Assembly: GCA_951406725.2 (NCBI GenBank)
Contig: OX597821.1
Coordinates: 12,524,001 to 12,588,000 of the forward strand
Length of the DNA: 64,000 nt
Direction of reading: 5' to 3'
From: Octopus vulgaris
Taxonomy: Eukaryota
The translations under genes were made by a program, and so were the position numbers. Under the pieces are notes generated by a model. It saw nothing but the letters and a program-made list of their open reading frames with translations. It was not told where the DNA came from and ran no database searches. Within the stretch, counting starts at the first letter, position 1, and every line of letters starts with the position of its first letter. Below are positions 57,264 through 64,000 of the stretch, piece by piece.

Positions 57264-58289
57264 AGCTAATACTCATTCTTTGTGTTACTTTCCTCTTTCT
57301 CGTTCTCTTTCCGTCTAACAGACCAACCGTCTTCCTGTACATAAGCCATTTGCCAACGGGAAGTTTTGCTAAGCTAATGGTTTCTCACTTATATTTTTTG
57401 TTTCTCTTTTGTGTTTTTTCTTCTCTCCTTTGCTTACAATATATGTTAAATGCTATTTGTTCATCAACATCAGATAATACAGTATTGCACAGAAATAATC
57501 GAACACAAAGATTATAACGAACGACAGATGTGCGCGACTGCAAGCCAGACGTAGCCTAGGATATGGATGGTTAACTATCCATCGGTAGCAGTGAACTGGT
57601 CATAATGATGGCGAGGATGATGACGAGTATGATGATGAATGATGTAGACGATAATGATTGTGGACGTGATATGGGGCTGATAGTGGTGGTGGTGTTAGTG
57701 GAGTGGCGGTCGTTATCGTGGCACCGGCGGATTTGACAGTGCTGGCAATCAGCCGCACAGAGAGTAGGGGATGGGTTAGTTGAGGTGATATTAGGGTAGT
57801 AGTATGGGTGAAGATGATGATGATGGTAAATGATGGTGATGGTGGGGGTTAGTGGTCGTGGCAGAGTTGAACGAGGGTGAATAATACGCTTTTAAAGTAG
57901 CCGATTTATCAGACGAGTGACGAATGAATCAGACAACCAACCAACCACCTGCACAGCTTAAAATTATATATATAAAATATATAAAAGATACAAAAAAATC
58001 ACTAATAAAAAGCCTGAAACGGAAAACACTCATAAAACAAAGCACTGAAAATAGCATCTATGTAATATCTGTAGGAAGTGAAATATAAATGTACATATAT
58101 AATAAGACAGAACAACAAGAAAAACAACGATAACAACAAGTTCAAAAGCAAAATGTTAGGCTAAAATAGAACTATTTTAGTCATTATGGAAAAGCGTCTG
58201 AGATGTTTTCGCTGCTGATGCAAGTCCACCTGTACATAATGTAATCCAGTTCAATTATTGTGGTTGTTATTTTTATTTTATTATTTTTA

Positions 58290-58665
58290 GCAAACCCGGC
58301 GAAATGCATAGCGGTATTTCTTCGGCCGTTCGCGTTCTGAGTTCAAATTCCGTCGAGGTCGACTTCGCCTTTCATCCTTTCGCAGTCGATTAAATAAGTA
58401 CCACTTACGCACTGGGGTCAATATATAATCGACTTAATCCGTTTGTCAGTCATTGCTTGTCCTCTCTGTGTTTAGCCCCTTTTGGGTGGTAAAGAAATAG
58501 GTATTTCGTCTGCTGCTACCTTCTGAGTTCAAATTCCGGCGATGTCATCTTTGCCTTTCATCTTTCGGAGTCGATTATATAATTACCAGTTATGCACTGG
58601 GGTCGATGTAATCGACTTACACTCTCCCCGCAAGTTTCAGGCCTTGTGCCTATAGTAGAAAGGAT
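58290..58665 (+). mobile_element. SINE family B, duplicated form
   Basis: Two cores plus the shared spacer. Confidence 0.82.
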
Positions 58666-58699
58666 TATTATTGTTGTTGTTATTATTATTATTATTATT

Positions 58700-60285
58700 A
58701 TTCTATGTTTGACTTTACATTTCCTCAAGCTACATCCTAGTCTCACCCAGAGACCTCAAGAGACAACAAGTTGGAAGTTCATGTTGGTGTTATGCCTAGG
58801 GTGCCTTATATTTGGTTTTGTACTTAGTGTTGTACTAGTGAATGTCTAAAAAACATACGAAAATTATGTTTGTTTTAAAACTTGAGTATTTTGCGTAGGA
58901 TATGAGCTGTTCCCATGAGCACTATCTTTTGAATTTCTGCCATTTTTGCGTTTCCTGGTATCTGAGTCAGGTAGCAATCAGCCCCTTTTGCTATCATTCC
59001 CAGGGCACCTATGACAACGGGTATTGTTTTAGTCTTCAGGTCTTGACAGATACGTTTATATCGATTGGGTCAGTCATATCAATGAGGAGGCATGTTCTTT
59101 CAATATGACGTCTGGCCTATTTGCATCTATCTTTCTGTCAGTTTGAATGGCGAATTTCCAAAGGAGTGAGATGTGGTCATTTTCAAGCACTGGAGGTGGT
59201 TTGTGTTCCCACCAGTTTTTATCACGTGGCAAGTCCAGGCTTTTTCAAATTACCCTGTGAATATATTGTGTAGCTCTATCATGCCTGTTGAGATACTCTG
59301 TAGGCGCAAGAAGACCTAACTTGGAGACAACATGATCAATGGTTTCATTTTGCTGTTGACATACACGACATATTAGGCTACTGCTGTTCTTTAATATGTT
59401 GGCCTGGTAGTTCCTTGTAGGTAGGCATTGATCTTGAGCTGCTATGATAAACCCTTTTGTTACAGATTTTAAGCCAGAGGCCATTAGCCATTGATGGATC
59501 AGGGCTTTGTCAAAATCTGCATTATTCGCTCTCTTTGGGTATTTGCCATTGAGAGGTTTTTCTTGCCATTTATCAATTAGAATATCTAAGGCAGCAGTAT
59601 GAGCACAGGTTTTCATGCGCTTAGCTTTTTCTGTGCTTGTTTCTTGTATGTCTAATTCGGAAATAACTTGTATTCGGAATTCACTTAGATATTCCTTTGC
59701 CTGTTTTGTTACCGAGGATGATGCTTTCTTGTTTTCATGTTTTGAGGCAAGTTTTAATACCTAGCCCTCAGAGTTTTTCAGATATGTGTCTAGGCCAGTT
59801 GTAGCAATCTTCATTGTTATTGCCAGTTGTAAAAGTCCACGGCCTCCCTCTTTTCTTGGCAGATGAAGTCGTTGTATATCTGCCTTAGGGTAGTACATTC
59901 TATGCATTGTCAACAGTTTTCGTATTTTTCTGTCAAGATTATATATTTCAGTAATTGACCTGTTAACTATATTGAAACTGTAAGTCACGACTGGTATAGC
60001 TAAAGCATTGACCGCTTCGATCCTGTTTCTCGTATTCAGCTCTGTCTTGAGTATTGCTCTTACTCTGCGATAACATTCTGTCCTGATCCTTTCCTTCATC
60101 ACTGAGTGCCTTATTCCGTCCCCTTCAATTACCCCTAGGTACTTGTAGCTCTCCGCTGAGTCTAACTCTTTTATGACATTCTGCTTTAAGTCATACAATA
60201 AGAGAAGGTGATTGAAAAGAGGTCTATTCTTTCTCAGTTCATAGTGGGCGTTGACTCTGTGTAGGACTACAGAATGTGGGATCAA
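58700..60285 (-). mobile_element. 5'-truncated R4/Dong-type LINE ending at (TAA)n
   Basis: YKYLGV, LDRKIRKLLTM, RKEGGRGL, GFIIAAQDQ, CRVCQQQNETIDHVVS, YLNRHD, DANRPDV. Confidence 0.9.
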
Positions 60286-60510
60286 GAGTTTCCCTCGGCC
60301 AGCTGATGCTTGTTACAGAAAAGACATGTTTTCCAACTAAGCACACTGTCCTTAATCAGGTGACACACGTTCTCAGCTATTGCATGCATCACGACTGTAA
60401 AGTCTATCCACGTCATGTAAGTATTTCTTTTGTTTAATTCTAGGGGTTCTTGTTGCCGAACCGCTACCTCACGGTGATGGACAGACACGAACACTAAGAC
60501 ACCTACATGG

Positions 60511-60597
<87 letters not shown>

Positions 60598-60600
<3 letters not shown>

Positions 60601-60903
60601 AGGCGCAATAGCCTAGTGGTTAGGGCAGCGGACTCGCGGTCGTAGGATCGCGGATTCGATTCCCAGACCGGGCGTTCTGTGTGTTTATTGAGCGAAAACA
60701 CCTAAAAGTTCCACGAAGCTCCGGCAGGGGGTGGTGATCCCTGCTGTACTCTTTCACCGCTCTTTCTCTCATTCTTTCGTCTGTTGGCCTGCTCGCTTAG
60801 CCAGCGGGGTGGCGTCATTCGAAGGCTAAAACAATGCAAACGCATTGTGACCAGCAATGTGTAACAACATCTGATGGTCTGGTCGGTCACGTGATCACGT
60901 GAT
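60598..60903 (+). mobile_element. SINE family C variant nested in the internal microsatellite of a diverged SINE A (about 60420-61140)
   Basis: Family C head and 5' body, different 3' tail; SINE A halves on either side. Confidence 0.78.
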
Positions 60904-60926
60904 ATATATATATATATAAATATAAT

Positions 60927-60987
<61 letters not shown>

Positions 60988-62091
60988 GACGGGCTTCTTT
61001 CTATTTCTATCTCCCTAATCCACTCAGCAGGCTTGTTCATTACCACACCTCCATTACCACACAATGCACCACGCAGTGGGAGTGTACCCGGATCCATGTG
61101 GGTGGAAGCAAACTTCTTACCAGACAGCCACACTGCGCCTACTTGGTAATTCTTTTACTCGTCCGAGTAACTGCGTTGGGGTTCCCTGAATGTAAAGTAA
61201 TGATTGTGCAGTAAAGTAGAAAATAATGCAAAAACAGAGAAAGGATTGTAAAAATACACAAGTAGCCAATACTACATCACGCGATTTCCCTATTCCCACT
61301 CTATTATTAATTAATACGAGCATCATTATCACCGATCACCATGGTCACCATACTCGCCATGTCTACCTATAGAATGAGTCAGGGCCAATCCACATGGCAT
61401 ACAAATACGCCCATCAAGAAAAACAAAACAATACATAACAAAACAAATGTGCTTTCACGATCACCAATACATCAGTGTACGATCACCATCACCCTTGCCA
61501 TTACCACTGGCGCCTGTATAAAGAGTTTACTCATAAAATCACTGCCAAAAGCGCCTCCAATATAAATATCGTTATCATTAATACTATTATTGTTACGTCT
61601 ATTAACAGCGGTGTATCAGTGTCATTACTAATAAATCTATTGTTGTTATCATCAAGAAACTAGATCCGCTCCGACCAGTAATCTGGTTCTTAATGAACAA
61701 ACAGCACGCTTTTCTCCTCCTGTTTATTGGCAAAAGCACAGCACTTCTTAATCTTATCAGAAAGATATGGGTCATTACAATTTATATATGTGTGTTCATT
61801 TATTTTTGTATTCTTTTCTTCTCTTACTTTTTCACTTTGTGTTTAGATTGAAAGATCCCAAAAGTTTTCGCTCGGTTTTCTAGAAACTACCAAACTCCAC
61901 ACACACACGCAAACGCACACACATTTACGTGTAGCAATGCCCTTAATGTGATAGATGTATTTAAAAGGGAATACATTAATCATATATTTTGTATAAATTG
62001 TTCCCTGAACTGGTTTTTCATGCTGACTACTTAATAAATTCTTATATAGATTTTATACTTATATTTAATTTTATACACACACACACACACA

Positions 62092-62229
<138 letters not shown>

Positions 62230-62329
62230 TGTACATATATATAGTTGGAATTTACAAAAAATTAAAAGATGCCACATTCAGATGGCTAATACAACAAACA
62301 GTTGTCGAGCGGTTATATTTATATCTCGT

Positions 62330-62361
<32 letters not shown>

Positions 62362-62418
62362 TTTTATATATCAGTAAAACAGTGGTTACTGTGAACGAGA
62401 TTATATAACATTTAAGGG

Positions 62419-62520
62419 ACTCCTTCATCGAAGACCGGTGCGTACCATGCGTTGACGAGAGGGGGGTGGTACCTTGAAACTATCAGTAACCGTATGTAGT
62501 ACTCGGGTCTTCGAGGGAGG
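62419..62520 (+). ncRNA. Hammerhead-like motif on an extended rod-like stem
   Basis: catgcg-TTGACGA-gagg...cctt-GAAA-ctatcag-TA-accgtatg; outer pairing tcgaagacc/ggtcttcga. Confidence 0.5.
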
Positions 62521-62687
62521 ATGACCTCCCTTTGCAAATAACACAAGGGCACTGAGATAGTGTCTAAAGTCATTCTGGTGACGTTGATCGCCTGGGGCTA
62601 AAAGCATCAGTAACACCCCCCTCCCAGTGGCTAGCCACATTCAAATGGCTAATACCTCTTACGTTATATATATATATATATATATGT

Positions 62688-63902
62688 ATATTAGGTCGTC
62701 AAAATTTGACAGCTGCTCATTTTGTGCATTATTATATTTTGACAATCTTTATTTTTTGTTAGAAAGCTCACACATTTATATATTTATTCTAACTCATTTT
62801 GCACTTTATGATGTATTTATAAATCGTTTTTGTTTTCAGATGGGTAAGTCGAGAATTCGTACAGGTTTGCCATATGAATTCTTTTTGAGAAATAGAGCAT
62901 CACAGATAGAACAGAATATTAATGGAGTATTTCATTTTAATGTTATTACACAGTAGACAATAGTTTTTTTTATTAAATATTAAATATTATTAAATATTAA
63001 ATTTTGTTCTGGTAAATTTGACCTCACAGGTGAACAACGCGGTCGACCAGAAACAAAGGTGGATAATGACAAACTGAAAGCCATTGTCGAGTCAGCACCA
63101 AGTCAACGTTCCCGTGAATTATCATTGTCGTTTGGTGTTAGCAAGCAAACAATATTGACTGACCTAGTTCAAATCTGTAATGTGAAAAATTTGGAAAAGT
63201 GTGTTCCACATGAACTCAATCAAAATCAGAAACAGCAATATTTGGAAACTTGCATTATGCTACTTTCTCGTCACAAAAATGTATCATCTTTGAATCGAAT
63301 TTTAACATGTGATGAGAAACGGTTCCAATAAAACAACAGTAAACGTTTAGCACAGTGGTTGGACAAAGACGAGCCAACAAAAAACAGTCCAAAAAGCAAA
63401 ATTCCTGAAAAGAAGCTAATGGTGTGCGTTTGGCGTTCTGGTGCAGGTGTGATCCATTATGGTTTCATTAAAAGTGGTTCATCAATCACGGCCTAAGTAT
63501 GCTGCAGCCAACTGGACCAAATGATGCAGAAACTTTGTAAAAAAACAGCCTGGGTTACTCAAAAGACACACTCTTACTTTATTGCAAGACAACGCCAAAC
63601 CATACATAGCAAAAATGGCATTGGTGAAACTAGAGGAGTTAGTGTTGGAAGTTCTCCTTCATCCACCATACTCACCTGATTATACCCCCACTGACTACCA
63701 CTTCTTCCAGAATTTAGATAACTTTTTAGTAAGAAAAAAATTAAATTCTGATGACGATGTAAAACAGACCTTCCAAAATTTTATAGACTCTAAATTGCCA
63801 GGCTTTTACAGTTCCGGGCTGCTGAAATGGCAAAAGTACATTGAAAATACGGGTGCATACTTTGGTGAATAAAACTATTCCTTGTATTTATAAAACATAA
63901 GC
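62688..63902 (+). mobile_element. Mariner transposon (DD34D, Hsmar1/cecropia-like), inactive
   Basis: MGKSRIRT..YEF.., CVPHELN, ILTCDEK, LLQDNAKP, HPPYSPDYTPTDYHFF; degenerate TIRs tattaggtc / tattaagtc; TA flanks; several stops. Confidence 0.92.
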
Positions 63903-63950
63903 AAACATTTTTGTTTTCTACAAAATTTATACTTGACTTAATATACATAC

Positions 63951-63987
<37 letters not shown>

Positions 63988-64000
63988 ATGTATTTTTACT

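Overview
AT-rich, extremely repeat-dense eukaryotic DNA with no host protein-coding gene that I can support. The SINE families and microsatellite load resemble an octopus/coleoid genome (inference). Most ORFs in the track are microsatellite artefacts. Recognisable content: a degraded Neptune-type Penelope-like element (PLE; RT + GIY-YIG, partial-tandem pseudo-LTR, minimal hammerhead motif) at 2.0-7.0 kb; many 5'-truncated R4/Dong-type RLE LINEs sitting in (TAA)n; a Tx1-like LINE 3' end in (GATA)n and a separate Tx1/L1-type ORF1 remnant; CR1 and RTE remnants; two non-autonomous Helitrons; two dead Tc1/mariner elements; and at least four SINE families. The most notable signal is a dispersed set of about ten hammerhead-ribozyme-like motifs from several sequence families, read by eye. 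Most sit in short non-coding units beside (TA)n tracts, and some form inverted pairs (14.4-15.1 kb, 26.8-27.0 kb), consistent with PLE-mobilised, retrozyme-like elements. Boundaries of degraded elements are approximate; no search or folding program was run.
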